From assembly GCA_965649765.1 (NCBI GenBank), contig OZ287753.1, forward strand, positions 21,514,001 through 21,578,000: 64,000 nucleotides of DNA. The letters run 5' to 3'. The translations under genes and the position numbers were made by a program. Positions 40,935 to 51,930 of the stretch are shown piece by piece (within the stretch, counting starts at the first letter, position 1; each line of letters begins with the position of its first letter). The notes beneath the pieces were generated by a model. The model was not told the DNA's origin, did no database searches, and saw nothing but the letters and a program-made list of their open reading frames with translations. The DNA comes from Bispira polyomma (taxonomy: Eukaryota).

Positions 40935-41146
40935 AAAATATTTCTAATGTTGTCTCTTGTAAAACGAAATTCAATATGGTAGGATGACCATGTGAGAGGT
41001 AAAATTTGGGGTTCAAATGTCTCCCATTGGTTAATCGAAAGAGAGGCCATTGAACAGTACTCGAATGGACCCCTAGGTGTTAAGGTAAAGGTATATATTT
41101 GCTAAGGGAACTGAATAAGCATACCCCTTTAGGGTCGTGCTGTGTA
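40935..41146 (-). repeat. split direct repeat A2 (212 bp)
   Basis: Matches 46559-46762 except for an 8-bp indel and one substitution; abuts B1. Confidence 0.95.
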
Positions 41147-41352
41147 CAGTTCTCCTGTTTGCAAAGTGAGGTAAAGATATAGAGATAAGAAGCAGATTAG
41201 GTGACCTTGTAGTAATTAAAGGTGAAGTAAATGAAATTAATAGATAGTAGTTTGAGGTTTATTTTATATACACATTAGTAAGGTATATACAGGGTAGGTT
41301 AAAAAATTTCAAGTTTTTTTAAAATTTAAAGAGAGAATTTTAAAATATCCCA
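41147..41352 (-). repeat. split direct repeat B1 (206 bp)
   Basis: Identical to 40074-40279; starts 7 bp after the YR stop. Confidence 0.95.
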
Positions 41353-41359
41353 AGCCAAA

Positions 41360-42325
41360 CTAAAGGGAAGAAGGGATAGAGGAAGCAAATGCAAGGGGAA
41401 TAGTTGCAGCAGCCTGAGGAGTTTTCTGAAGATAAACCCAGACTGCTGAAGATCTCCATAACCCGTGAGACATAATGTTTTGGAGAGAAACGTTATTGTT
41501 AAAAGCATAGGTAGCTCCTGACCTTCTAAATGTGTGGAAACTATGACCTTTGTGTGGTATACCTATATGTTGTAAAACTAAAGTTAAAGAATATCTGACA
41601 TGAGTGTCCACAATGGGAACATGAGGAAAACTTGCAGTAACAAAAAGTGGAGACTCCAGAGGCAAAGACCTTGAATCTAGCAGTTTATGAAGTGCCCTGA
41701 CTGGGCACAAATGTATATTCTCCAGTTGGGGTAATTGAATTACATGATGTTCTGATCTATTTTGTAGGTTCTTAGCCCATTTAAGTATTAAATGGGCTCC
41801 AGGATGGCCAAACACAACATCCTTTCTAAGGAAATGACGAGTGGGGTCAAATTTATTTCTGGAATGTGGAGCAATGTTTGAGATTCTAAGGAATCCAAAG
41901 TATGCCACCAGAAATATTGCCCTATATAATGGGGGATCCCCCAGAATGTCACATGCTTTAGATATCTGTTGTAAATGTGTAATATAAAAAATACCCCTAG
42001 GTTGAGGTCTAAAAGTAGAAGAATGTGACAAACTCCTAATGAACATGGAAACTGAGGCATTTTCGAAAATATTTTGGTTCCAATATAGTTTGTTAGCTGT
42101 GAACTTTAGAGCTGATAGATGGTTGGTTAAAACATTAGGGGAAGACCCGTTTTGCACCAAGTACTCCAAAAATGTTATAACAGAATTAGTTGAAATGTCC
42201 TCTATGCCAACAAATATAAGAAAAGCAATGAAAGTTCTAAACTGTTGGTTGTATGTAGCAGTAGTCTTTGGACGTAATGCTGAAGAGACCCGTTTCCATG
42301 CAGAATTCATAAGGTGTTGAGTCAC
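41360..42325 (-). CDS. tyrosine recombinase (YR) of the Ngaro-like element
   Basis: YFGFLRISN (R), KWAKN (K), HTFRRSGAT (HxxR), HGLWRSSAVWVY (W, Y). The listed start is GTG; the first ATG is at 42310. Confidence 0.93.
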   Translation of the reverse strand: MTQHLMNSAWKRVSSALRPKTTATYNQQFRTFIAFLIFVGIEDISTNSVITFLEYLVQNGSSPNVLTNHLSALKFTANKLYWNQNIFENASVSMFIRSLSHSSTFRPQPRGIFYITHLQQISKACDILGDPPLYRAIFLVAYFGFLRISNIAPHSRNKFDPTRHFLRKDVVFGHPGAHLILKWAKNLQNRSEHHVIQLPQLENIHLCPVRALHKLLDSRSLPLESPLFVTASFPHVPIVDTHVRYSLTLVLQHIGIPHKGHSFHTFRRSGATYAFNNNVSLQNIMSHGLWRSSAVWVYLQKTPQAAATIPLAFASSIPSSL

Positions 42326-42342
42326 GGTGTTGGTTCCTACAA

Positions 42343-45105
42343 TTAAACATGTAAGGTTAAGTTAAAATACTGACTAGGAATACTATGCCATTTATATCCT
42401 GTTTCTAACCTGTGGAGCTGGTGACCAGTTGGTGGGTGGTCTGAGTATAACCTTGATAAAATGTCTGCTATAGTATTGTCCCTCCCCCTAACATGCTGAA
42501 TAATTAAAGTAATGTCATAAGCTGCAGTAAGCAGCCACATATTCCTTAAACATAAAGCTAAAAATTGGTCCTTAGTCTTATCAGACCTAACTACCAGTAC
42601 CACAGCCATGTTGTCACAGTTAATAATTATTCTCTTATGTTTCCACTGTATCCCCCACACACGCAAGGCAATTAATATATTAAGCATTTCAATATGGACT
42701 ATGGACAGATGCTGGTTATAGATGTTATAAAATGGAGAAGCAAAAACTTGGTCAGTATAAACCCCCCCTAAACCAGTTAAGCATGCATCAATGAATACTT
42801 CATTCTGGTGAGGAGGAATTATTGGATCGATATAAGTTATGCCATTATACAAGGGAAGAAAACGTATAAACCAAAGCAAATCTGCTTTTATCTCATTAGT
42901 AATATGAAATCGTTTTGCATGAGCATTCTTCCTGAAAGCCATTAATAATCGATTTATAAAAATCCTAGCCGGTTTAACACACTTATGAACATAGAGAAGC
43001 CTGCCTAAGACAGATTGGAAATTTCTTCTAGACATCCACTTCTTATTAAAAGCTTGTTGGCAACATTCGTAAGTTTGTTCCAATTTTTCCTTGGAAATAC
43101 TAATAATTCCCTCCTCTATGTCAATATCTATCCCCAGGCAAGTTATATTTCTACTAGGACATGAGATCTTGTCCGGATTTAGGGGAAGACCCAAGGAAGT
43201 TACTAAGTCATAAAGTTTGTTAAAAGCGCCTTCTGCCTCATGAGCAGGTGATATTCTGATGTAGTCATCAATGTAGCAAAATATAGTATGTTTACGTTTG
43301 CTCATGGTGTAAGCTATGACGTCAGAGCATCTCTGAAAAGATCCGGATCCGTGTATCCATCCGAACGCCATAGCCGGATCAATATACTTATATTCATCAA
43401 AACAGATACCTAGCTTCATGGCATCGACCGGATCTATTCTTAAATTTCTAAATGCCCTCGAAATATCCAACTTGAATATCCTAGGATTATCAGTATCCCT
43501 GATTTTTGCTACAATGTCATCTATGGTAGGGAACTTTAAAGCGAATTCGACTCCATCGAAACGTTGTTTATCTACATTACTGTTAACCGAATTGCCTTCC
43601 GGATAAGAGAGGTTAAGGATCACTCTGTGTTTATTTTTGTCTTTAGGACGAGTGAGTAAGGGGGAACAGTGAAACAACTCGCTATCTACTTCCTTAACTG
43701 GACCTAACATGGCACCATTGACTTGTTCCTTACTGATATATTGACTAACTGCCTCTGCATGTTGCAGGGCAGAACTATGATTAGAAACTTCCTTAACTGT
43801 TAGATTTTCAGAACGCTCGAGAGAAAGTGGAAACCCAAAAGTTAAATATTGGAGTAATAACTTATCCGGATAATCAAGCAAGACCTTCTCCCAAGCCTGG
43901 ATTTGTAATCCAGAAGCTATTGGAATCCTGGCGCCCTTATAATTGGCACAACCAGAATCCTTGATTGTGTGAGCTATGTCCACCATCTGTTGCACTGTAG
44001 TAATTTTAATTGGAGCCCTATCTGGGCCACAGAATTCAAATTCTGTATGACTTAAAGCAATGAAACCCTTATCCTTATCTGGAAAGTTGAAATCCTTAAT
44101 TACCTTATTCTGACTATCTATCTCTGAACCATGATCCTTAAATTCGTACACTATGATATTTGCTTGTCCTCCATCCAGTGACTTGTCCTTGCGATGAAGT
44201 TTTGTCTTCCCTTCATGCATGTCCAAGTTTGTACAATTATGAAATGGCTGTGTGACTATATCATCAGCTTCAATCAACTTATCGATTAAGTTAGTTATAT
44301 ATGTAGTATAATTAACATTATCCCGTTGTTGACATTCAATATCTTTCTTATAATGATAGCAGATATTTCTAGCCACCATGTGATCAGTATCCGTAGGAAT
44401 GTATACATTATGAACATCCATAATGTCCTCATGACTTTCCATGATGGTTACCTGTGTACAGAATTTTCCTAAAATATGAATAGGACCTATTGGAGTGCCA
44501 AGACATTTTACTAATGCACTCCCTTTCGTGTGACCCCCATCCCTCCAGGTATAAAAACCATTAATTTCTGAGTGAACAGAGTTCAAGAAAACCACGGGGA
44601 ACAATGGTCCCCCAATATCGGTGCAAAATAGCCAATTTGTTTTCGAAATCTCCACATATGCTTGTGTGGAATCTAACACATTGTAACCACTGCTTTCCAT
44701 GCCGTGTGGACATTTAACACTAAAATTAGAAACATTTCTTACAGTATTTGTGGTACCCAAATGGAACTTGTCTTCACCTGTTATATTTGCCAATTTTTTA
44801 TTTTTATTGGTTGTATCCCCAGAATCATTATAAGGACTGTCTACATGTGTACGATTTTCATATATAATCTTTTTTCCCTCATGATGTTCCATTTGGTTGC
44901 CCTCAAACTGTGTAGCAATGCCAGTATCATTGATATCAATTACATTATGCATGCATTGTTTATCATTATGAATAATTTCCAAGTAGTTGGGCAAAATGCC
45001 CTGATCAGTATAGTTTACAATGTCATTATCTTTGAAATTTATTGACTTAGATACATTAGTTTCTACAGTTCTGTCCCTACAACTCACTACTAATGTTTCT
45101 TTCAC
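42343..45105 (-). CDS. reverse transcriptase / RNase H (pol) of the Ngaro-like element, with a ~340-aa unassigned N-terminal region
   Basis: RVILNLS, LDISRAFRNL, MAFGW, YIDDY, CLGIDID; RNase H motifs FIDAC, HIEML, NCDN, ADILSR. The listed start is GTG. Confidence 0.95.
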   Translation of the reverse strand: MKETLVVSCRDRTVETNVSKSINFKDNDIVNYTDQGILPNYLEIIHNDKQCMHNVIDINDTGIATQFEGNQMEHHEGKKIIYENRTHVDSPYNDSGDTTNKNKKLANITGEDKFHLGTTNTVRNVSNFSVKCPHGMESSGYNVLDSTQAYVEISKTNWLFCTDIGGPLFPVVFLNSVHSEINGFYTWRDGGHTKGSALVKCLGTPIGPIHILGKFCTQVTIMESHEDIMDVHNVYIPTDTDHMVARNICYHYKKDIECQQRDNVNYTTYITNLIDKLIEADDIVTQPFHNCTNLDMHEGKTKLHRKDKSLDGGQANIIVYEFKDHGSEIDSQNKVIKDFNFPDKDKGFIALSHTEFEFCGPDRAPIKITTVQQMVDIAHTIKDSGCANYKGARIPIASGLQIQAWEKVLLDYPDKLLLQYLTFGFPLSLERSENLTVKEVSNHSSALQHAEAVSQYISKEQVNGAMLGPVKEVDSELFHCSPLLTRPKDKNKHRVILNLSYPEGNSVNSNVDKQRFDGVEFALKFPTIDDIVAKIRDTDNPRIFKLDISRAFRNLRIDPVDAMKLGICFDEYKYIDPAMAFGWIHGSGSFQRCSDVIAYTMSKRKHTIFCYIDDYIRISPAHEAEGAFNKLYDLVTSLGLPLNPDKISCPSRNITCLGIDIDIEEGIISISKEKLEQTYECCQQAFNKKWMSRRNFQSVLGRLLYVHKCVKPARIFINRLLMAFRKNAHAKRFHITNEIKADLLWFIRFLPLYNGITYIDPIIPPHQNEVFIDACLTGLGGVYTDQVFASPFYNIYNQHLSIVHIEMLNILIALRVWGIQWKHKRIIINCDNMAVVLVVRSDKTKDQFLALCLRNMWLLTAAYDITLIIQHVRGRDNTIADILSRLYSDHPPTGHQLHRLETGYKWHSIPSQYFNLTLHV

Positions 45106-45123
45106 TGGTAGTCGGTCAAGGTC

Positions 45124-46437
45124 CTAACCATGCTTATTTTCCAACTGTTTTGTGGAATTAGCCTTGTAGCACTTAAACTCAGGATGAGGCGAATCTTTAT
45201 TCAAAACGGTAGCACAATGCCAGCAGGCATGCTTGTAATTTCCATGATCATTCTTCTGGGAACATTTCCCTGAATTAAACAACTTGCAAATCGTGGATCT
45301 CCCCGTATACGCTCCAGCCGAACCTGTGCTGTGAGATGAATTAGCCATCACTGTCTGGGACGCGCTAATTCGGTTGAGCGACCACTGAGTAGTGTTATTC
45401 CAGGTCAGCCGACCTTCCTCGACCTCCTGCATGCTTGTCGCCCAAGCCGTGCGAACGACCTCCCAGGGGAGCGACGAAGCATCCTTCAGCGAGAGTACTA
45501 CTTGCTGGATCATATCACGTAACAGCTGGTTGTCACTTATCTGTAGAGCATTACACAACTGCCCTGCAGCCCAATGTGGAAGGGAAAGCTCGTCAAACGT
45601 TGGACGCTTACGTGAAGACCCCCCACTCCAACCTTCGTTAGCCCATTTCATGCGCGGATCTGTGGCCGCTATGTCAGTATTGTTATAACGTCCCGACTTC
45701 TGTCGCGAATGAACCTTACCTTGGTTAAAGATAGCTTGTGCCCTGACTTCATACTCAGCCAGCCGCTGATTCACTAAGGCTTGCACCTCGGGCATCGACC
45801 TCAGAACGTCCGTCTTAGGAACAATTCCATCACGTGTGTATTCAGCTGAGGTTGAAGCTGTAGTAGTGGGCCCGACCAAACGTCCATAACCGCTGGTGGG
45901 CTGAACATAAGCTGGTGGAAGCGCTGTGCTGGATACGGACGCTGGCTGCACGACTGAAGCAGGCGAACCGGTTATATTTCCATAACCACTGGTAGGCTGT
46001 ATCACTGGTGAGGGTACGTAAGCCGGTTGAAGCGCTGTAGTGGACACGGCAGTTGTCTGTACAGGTATAACCCCCCTAGCTTCTATCTGGTCCAACCGAC
46101 GGGCTATGGCAGCGTTAGATTGCTCCATTCGATTCAACATTGTCAATATTGCTACGTTCTCACTGGTAGGATTAACCGAAGTAACGTATTGCATCGCTTG
46201 TGGCATTGGATGTTGTAAATCTGCCAAGCCCGCCATCGGGAAGGTGGAACCTCCCGCTTGAGGCGAATTTTGATGAGAGCAGAGAGCTTGCTCTGACGGT
46301 ACCCGTAGGTCTTCTATAATACTTTCATTCATGTCAGTGATATGAGCTACATTACCCTTTGTACCCTTCACAGTAGACTTCTTCTGTTGTTTCGACTTGG
46401 GTGCTGCCTTCATCGGTGTTTTCTTAGCTCGTCCCAT
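45124..46437 (-). CDS. Gag-like ORF1 of the Ngaro-like element
   Basis: First ORF after A1; basic N-terminus, short coiled coil, and a C-terminal Cys/His cluster CKLFNSGKC..H..YKHACWHC..H....C typical of DIRS-order Gag. Confidence 0.88.
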   Translation of the reverse strand: MGRAKKTPMKAAPKSKQQKKSTVKGTKGNVAHITDMNESIIEDLRVPSEQALCSHQNSPQAGGSTFPMAGLADLQHPMPQAMQYVTSVNPTSENVAILTMLNRMEQSNAAIARRLDQIEARGVIPVQTTAVSTTALQPAYVPSPVIQPTSGYGNITGSPASVVQPASVSSTALPPAYVQPTSGYGRLVGPTTTASTSAEYTRDGIVPKTDVLRSMPEVQALVNQRLAEYEVRAQAIFNQGKVHSRQKSGRYNNTDIAATDPRMKWANEGWSGGSSRKRPTFDELSLPHWAAGQLCNALQISDNQLLRDMIQQVVLSLKDASSLPWEVVRTAWATSMQEVEEGRLTWNNTTQWSLNRISASQTVMANSSHSTGSAGAYTGRSTICKLFNSGKCSQKNDHGNYKHACWHCATVLNKDSPHPEFKCYKANSTKQLENKHG

Positions 46438-46558
46438 GTGTGCACGGTATATAATTCACAGTTAAAACAATATGTATATGATAAAACCCACTCCAAGGTA
46501 AAAAACTAAAATACTAAAAGGCTATAAAATTCAGACACTTTGTCATTAAGTGTCGCCA

Positions 46559-46762
46559 AAAATATTTCTAATGTTGTCTCTTGTAAAACGAAATTCAATA
46601 TGGTAGGATGACCATGTGAGAGGTAAAATTTGGGGTTCAAATGTCTCCCATCGAAAGAGAGGCCATTGAACAGTACTCGAATGGACCCCTAGGGGTTAAG
46701 GTAAAGGTATATATTTGCTAAGGGAACTGAATAAGCATACCCCTTTAGGGTCGTGCTGTGTA
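46559..46762 (-). repeat. split direct repeat A1 (204 bp, 5' terminus of the element)
   Basis: Matches 40935-41146. Confidence 0.95.
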
Positions 46763-47802
46763 TAAGGTCGTGGATTTATTTTAGTTTGAGTTGAACTTCG
46801 CTTTGAACACATTTTCTGTTACATCACGACCAGCAGTTGACTGGTAGAGGAAATCAGACTAGGGTAGTTTCTGAAGTTTTTTACTTTTTTTTATCAGACC
46901 GACAGCTTTCAGCAAACTCCCAACACACAGGCCACAGCCACAATTCGAACTCACAGCTACAGAGTTGGCAAGTGAATGTGTTACCACTACACCACTGAGG
47001 TGTACCATCAATCTAAGACTATACAAGTTTATCCTCAGAGTACAAAAGTGCATGACCAAAACTCCAAATCACTTTTCACATCCTTACCAATTAATCCGGT
47101 TGCACTAGTGCGTCCGGCGGAGCCAGGTTGCACGAGAACATAGAAAGAATATATAAAACTACCTTATTATCAAATTACTAGTTTTATATCCCTTTTTCAG
47201 TTTGGTTGCTCCAGCACATCCGGCAAGGTCTATAATCAACTTTTCCACAAACACAGTAGGGCTGAGATTCAAACCAACAACAGCAGAGGTTGGAGCGAGT
47301 GTGCTACCACTGTTATCACCCTTGTGTTGGCAGTGGCAAATGTTCATATATGAGGGGTTTTTCAATACTTTTTGATCAAATATAAGCCTAATATAATCTT
47401 CTACAAAGCTAAGAGAGGGCTAGAGACTTGTCCCTGAGTCACAACAGATTGACAGAATGGATATCTCGTCACTATAAGAGGATGGTCCGTTTCAAGCTAT
47501 GTACAACCCAGTAGATTTTACACTTTGTGTGCTGGCTGTAAAATGTTTTATGTGGCCAGTATGGGACGTCATTGAACGTAAGAGAGTGGAACGTCCTTGC
47601 ATGATCAAAACCAGGGAGTGGAGAGAGGTGCTAATTTGATTTGGGTGAGGTTGGAGAGGAGGATGGTTAGAAAGGAATGAAGTGATGAACAATTTTCTAG
47701 AAGAGGGGAAGAGAACCTAAGGAGGGAAGGAGAAGGGGAGGGGGGGAGGGTTGTTAAGGGTCTGGGTATATGGAACCATTTTGTCAGCAATATTACTAGT
47801 TT

Positions 47803-47970
47803 TTTATCTCTGCGAAAGGAGCTTATGTTTTTGTCTGTGTCTATTTGTTGATTTGATTGTTTTCGTCGCAGGTATTACACACAAAACTACTGAGCTGACA
47901 TGTAATTTAGTGACTTTCCGACTAAGGAAGAATCCCTTATGTTTTGGTTGGAGTGAACCTGGGAGATCCA
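47803..47970 (+). mobile_element. degenerate interspersed repeat, HINE/DINE-1-like
   Basis: Short stem start, (TTTG)-like microsatellite, ATTACAC..AAAACTACTGA..AAGGAAGAA..TTTTGG; similar to 54535-54712. Confidence 0.4.
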
Positions 47971-48929
47971 GTAATTCTCTTTTTTAACTTTTTGGCACTG
48001 TGGCCCTCTCGTGGTAGAGGTATGTAGTCCATTGATTACTCTTCCAGAATTTTTGTCTGGACTGTTAGGACTAAACATAAAATGCATGGTGTATGTGGCA
48101 TGGACCATGGAAGAAACCATTATGTTTTGAAGCAGATTCAGATTGGCGGTTCAAAGATTTTTGAATGTTTTGTGTGTAAATGTGTGTAGATTTATAGTCT
48201 GATATCACCACTATTAAGGTCTCAAATGACTTTCCGGTCTTTCACTTGTCCACCAATTGTTCAGTCTCAGCTCCATTAGGAAGCATACTAGCCATGCTGC
48301 CAGATACGGTGCACAAAGACTAACACCTATTAGCAGCCAGGTATCAATTTAAACACCCGGGTAGAGACGGACAAAAAACCCGTTTTCGCATGGTAAGGCT
48401 TTGGCAGAGGAATGTACCCCTATGTTTGTCATTGTAGTTTGAGGATAAGCGTCCACAAGAGTGCCTTTGCCATAACTTATTTGAAATTGAATTTAGGTGG
48501 GTTTGACGTTGCTTTAAACCGCTTAGGTCATATTGTAACGGCTATATTTAAGAATGAAGGTCAGTGATTGTGATCGTGAAGCCAACCCTTCTTAGCACTA
48601 GGCTTTAACAGTCTTCACCTTTGTTATACTGCATTGCTGACTATCTCACCAACTGTCTCATCAGCCTAAAACAAGACCCCCACTCCAACTGCCCATTATT
48701 GGTAAGTTCACTTTGTCTGCATTACACATTTCTGGATATTTCCTGATAACAAACCCTTCCCTCAATATGTGACTCATAATTGACCAAGATTGGATGACTT
48801 ATGTTGGAATTTAGCCCTGATATAAAGCTATGTTTGTGCTTATGTTCAATGCTTTGTTTGTCACCAGGATTAAACAAAAAAAAAACTAATAAGCTGATTT
48901 AAATGAAAAATTAGAATATCTGTAATCTC

Positions 48930-49175
48930 CTGTGGCCTAGCGGTTAGGGGTTAGTCTGGTGATCAGCAGGTCCCCGGTTCGACTCTTGGTAATTTGGGTA
49001 GGTTCATTGGTGGGATAACATTTTTGGGTAAGATGTGACGATGTCATTGCCTTCTGAGGACGACTCTGCCTGTTTTGTAGAACACATGATTGGTTGGCTG
49101 ATTTGGTTGTTGCGCTATAGAAGATGCTGCATATCAATAAAGCGCATTAAAAATATATAATACAATACAATATTA
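48930..49175 (+). mobile_element. old tRNA-derived SINE
   Basis: TGGCCTAGCGGTTAG A box, GGTTCGACTC B box, 3' CATCAATAAAGCGCATTAAAAAT-like end; related to 51643-51930 and 39490-39670. Confidence 0.65.
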
Positions 49176-51642
49176 CAAAGTTTGATAAAATGATAGCACA
49201 TAGGCTAAGGAAGGAACAACTGCTGCAAATTTAGTAAGGGATCAGAATTCTGTTAAAAGATTTGTGGGGCATTGGCAGAGGAACGGGCTCTACTGGGTAG
49301 AACAGTAAATTTGCATAAGTAGTTGGATGCCAAACCCATTTGCAAACAGAGACCTGAAATTGGTAACCATGATAAAGATGTCATTGTCTCACAGCCCCCC
49401 CCCTCCCCCCCTCAAGCCCCCCTCAACCCACCTCCTCCAAGTCAGGTCTATCTGGGAAGTGCCTGGCAGACACTATCCAGATATAAAAACATATTATTAC
49501 CCCCATCCCAAGCCCTCCAGAAAATTCCCTTTTATGTCCTACTTCAAGAGAAACAGATTAGTACATGTTATGTATCTTCTCAACCTTAGGCCAGGACTAA
49601 GTTTAAGATTAACCACACAAACCATAAAGCTCTTCCTAATTAGATTACATATTTCAATATAAGATATGATATTAGTTGAATAGGTGATTGGTACATGAGA
49701 ATATTGAATTAATATAAAGTTATATAAAACATCACATAATATAAAAATTATTTCTATAAATTAGAATAATCTTAATAAACCCTTCAGATCTTTCTTCTAA
49801 AATTGAAAGAGTTCCACAAAAGCCACACAAATCCTCAAAACAGGCACACAAAAACACCCACCAGAAAGGACTGGTACCCTGATTAATGGCAGTGGTGCAA
49901 TTTCCCAGCTTGCTGGTATAAATAGCATAAGCACCAGAGCCACAAACCAGTCCCCCATTTGTCACCCGGGTAATGACTCTTTATTATCGCCTCCATTTTG
50001 TTTTGTGTCATCTTAGGCCTTCTTTATTTGGGCTTTGTTTTCTTTCATGTTTGTGAGGTGGGGGGGACTTTGGCTGTTGTCTTGGTCTGTACTGTGAGAG
50101 AGAGAGACTTGTTTTATGTGTCACTGTGCACTTTACCGGCGGCTGATATATTGTGTCTTTCAACCCCCAACCACTCCCTCCTATACTAACCCATGTAGCA
50201 GACGATTCCTTCTTTTTTTTGTGTTTTACCGTCAGTAGTTTAAGGTCACATGACAATCTTCAGTCAATCAGATGAATATATGGAACATGGAACTTAGTCA
50301 TTACTAATAAAGCAAATTTAAACTTTGGTCATTAAACTGGGATATAATAAGAAGCTGTAAGTTATATTAACATAATCTCAAATTATTATATAGCATTTAA
50401 GGTGACCTTTTAAAACACAATCCAGTAGAGTCTCTAAAGAGTTTAAGTTGACTTTCCTAAAGAGCACAGTGTGATCCCCCTTTATTACCACAAATGCTCA
50501 GTCTTTCTCCCCAAACTTGTCATTTTTCCACAAGTATGTAATTTGCTTCTATTAAGGTTTCCCCCATCCACCACAACCACCAACCACACCAGACCTCACA
50601 TATGGGCCTCAAGGCGAGACCCTAGTTTGTCTAAATTACTGGTCTAGTCGAGAGCTCTAACCACTTATTTCATTATTACAAAGCTTTTTGGCATATTGAA
50701 CCTTTCCATGAAAAATGGGAGTAAAATGCACCTTATCTCCACATCACCCCCACAAATTAAAAAAAAATAGATTCTATTACATTTGAAAATTTGAATAGCA
50801 CATACAGGAGTACTAATAAAGACATGGGTATTCTGAAATTATAGCATATATTCCTTGTTATCTTATAGTGTATAATCAAAGATAATCAAAATATTTAAAA
50901 TTGAACAAAATGCCATGATTGTATATCCTTTTATTTCAAAGAATGAAGCCTCTTTTTATTTAACCCATTTGTTTCGACAATCAAATTGTTTTAAAATGTT
51001 TGGATTTATATAGCATGCATATTTTGGGTCTTTGGTTCCGAATTATAAATATTTATATTTTAGGTATTTGGGTCTTTGGTTCTGAATTATAAATATTAAT
51101 ATTTTCCTCAGTATAATTGTTAGTTCCACTGCAGGCAATATCAAAGTAGCCAATTGGGGATAACAATCGTGGACAAGATGTGAACAATGCCATCATTGAT
51201 GATAACACATGCTATGTTGTATAAGGGCGTCGTACAAGAGAGTCGTATAAGGGCGACATTTTTGTAGAACAAGTATCTTAGAGGATGGATCTATCAATAT
51301 GGTGCAATATAAATGTATAACATGTTTTCTAACAGGAATGATCTTTGTAGTATTCAAATTAAGTGTAAGAACGTGCCTCAACATTAACAATAAGGTTTCC
51401 AATAAAAAATAAATACATACAAAGTTTATCTGATGAAATACCCTTCATATACAATGTAAAAGTAGTTGCAGTAGTCAAGTGACACATTAACCTAAGTCAT
51501 TACTACCGTCTTAATTTTGCTAATAATTCTTTTTCTTGCCAATAATAATATGCTATGACTTTAAAATATATCCAATTAGTTATGCTTTAACCATTCACAA
51601 GATAAAAATTACTAAAATACCAATTTAAATTTTGTCAAATTG

Positions 51643-51930
51643 TGGTCTCCCGTGGCAAAGTGGTTAGGCAGTTAGTCTGTTGATCAGAAGTTCCCCGGTT
51701 TAACTCCCAGTGGGGGAATTAGTCAGGGGAACACAATGTCGCCGGTTTGAGTACTGCCAATTGTGCTAGGATCATTGCTTAGATAACATCCTCGGGAAAA
51801 ATTTGAATACACCACTGCCTACTGATAACGACCCAGGACTATAGACTGATTCAGCTGTTGCGCATAAGAAAATGCCTCACATCAAATAGCGCATTAAAAA
51901 TAATTATTAGAATAATACGAATAATACAAG
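51643..51930 (+). mobile_element. old tRNA-derived SINE
   Basis: TGGCAAAGTGGTTAGG..GATCAG..CCCCGGTTTAACTCCC head and AGCGCATTAAAAAT(AAT)n tail. Confidence 0.65.

Larger units (their letters stand above)
40074..46762 (-). mobile_element. full-length tyrosine-recombinase retrotransposon, DIRS order, Ngaro-like
   Basis: gag + RT/RNase H + YR ORFs; split direct repeats in the order A1-ORFs-B1A2-spacer-B2; no methyltransferase after RNase H; no TSD, as expected for YR integration. Confidence 0.93.

Noticed and set aside
40074-46762. LTR retrotransposon, DIRS1/PAT-type element, or phage integrase island
   Set aside because: No DDE integrase, protease, PBS or TSD; the repeats are split direct rather than inverted; no methyltransferase domain; the YR is linked to RT/RNase H.
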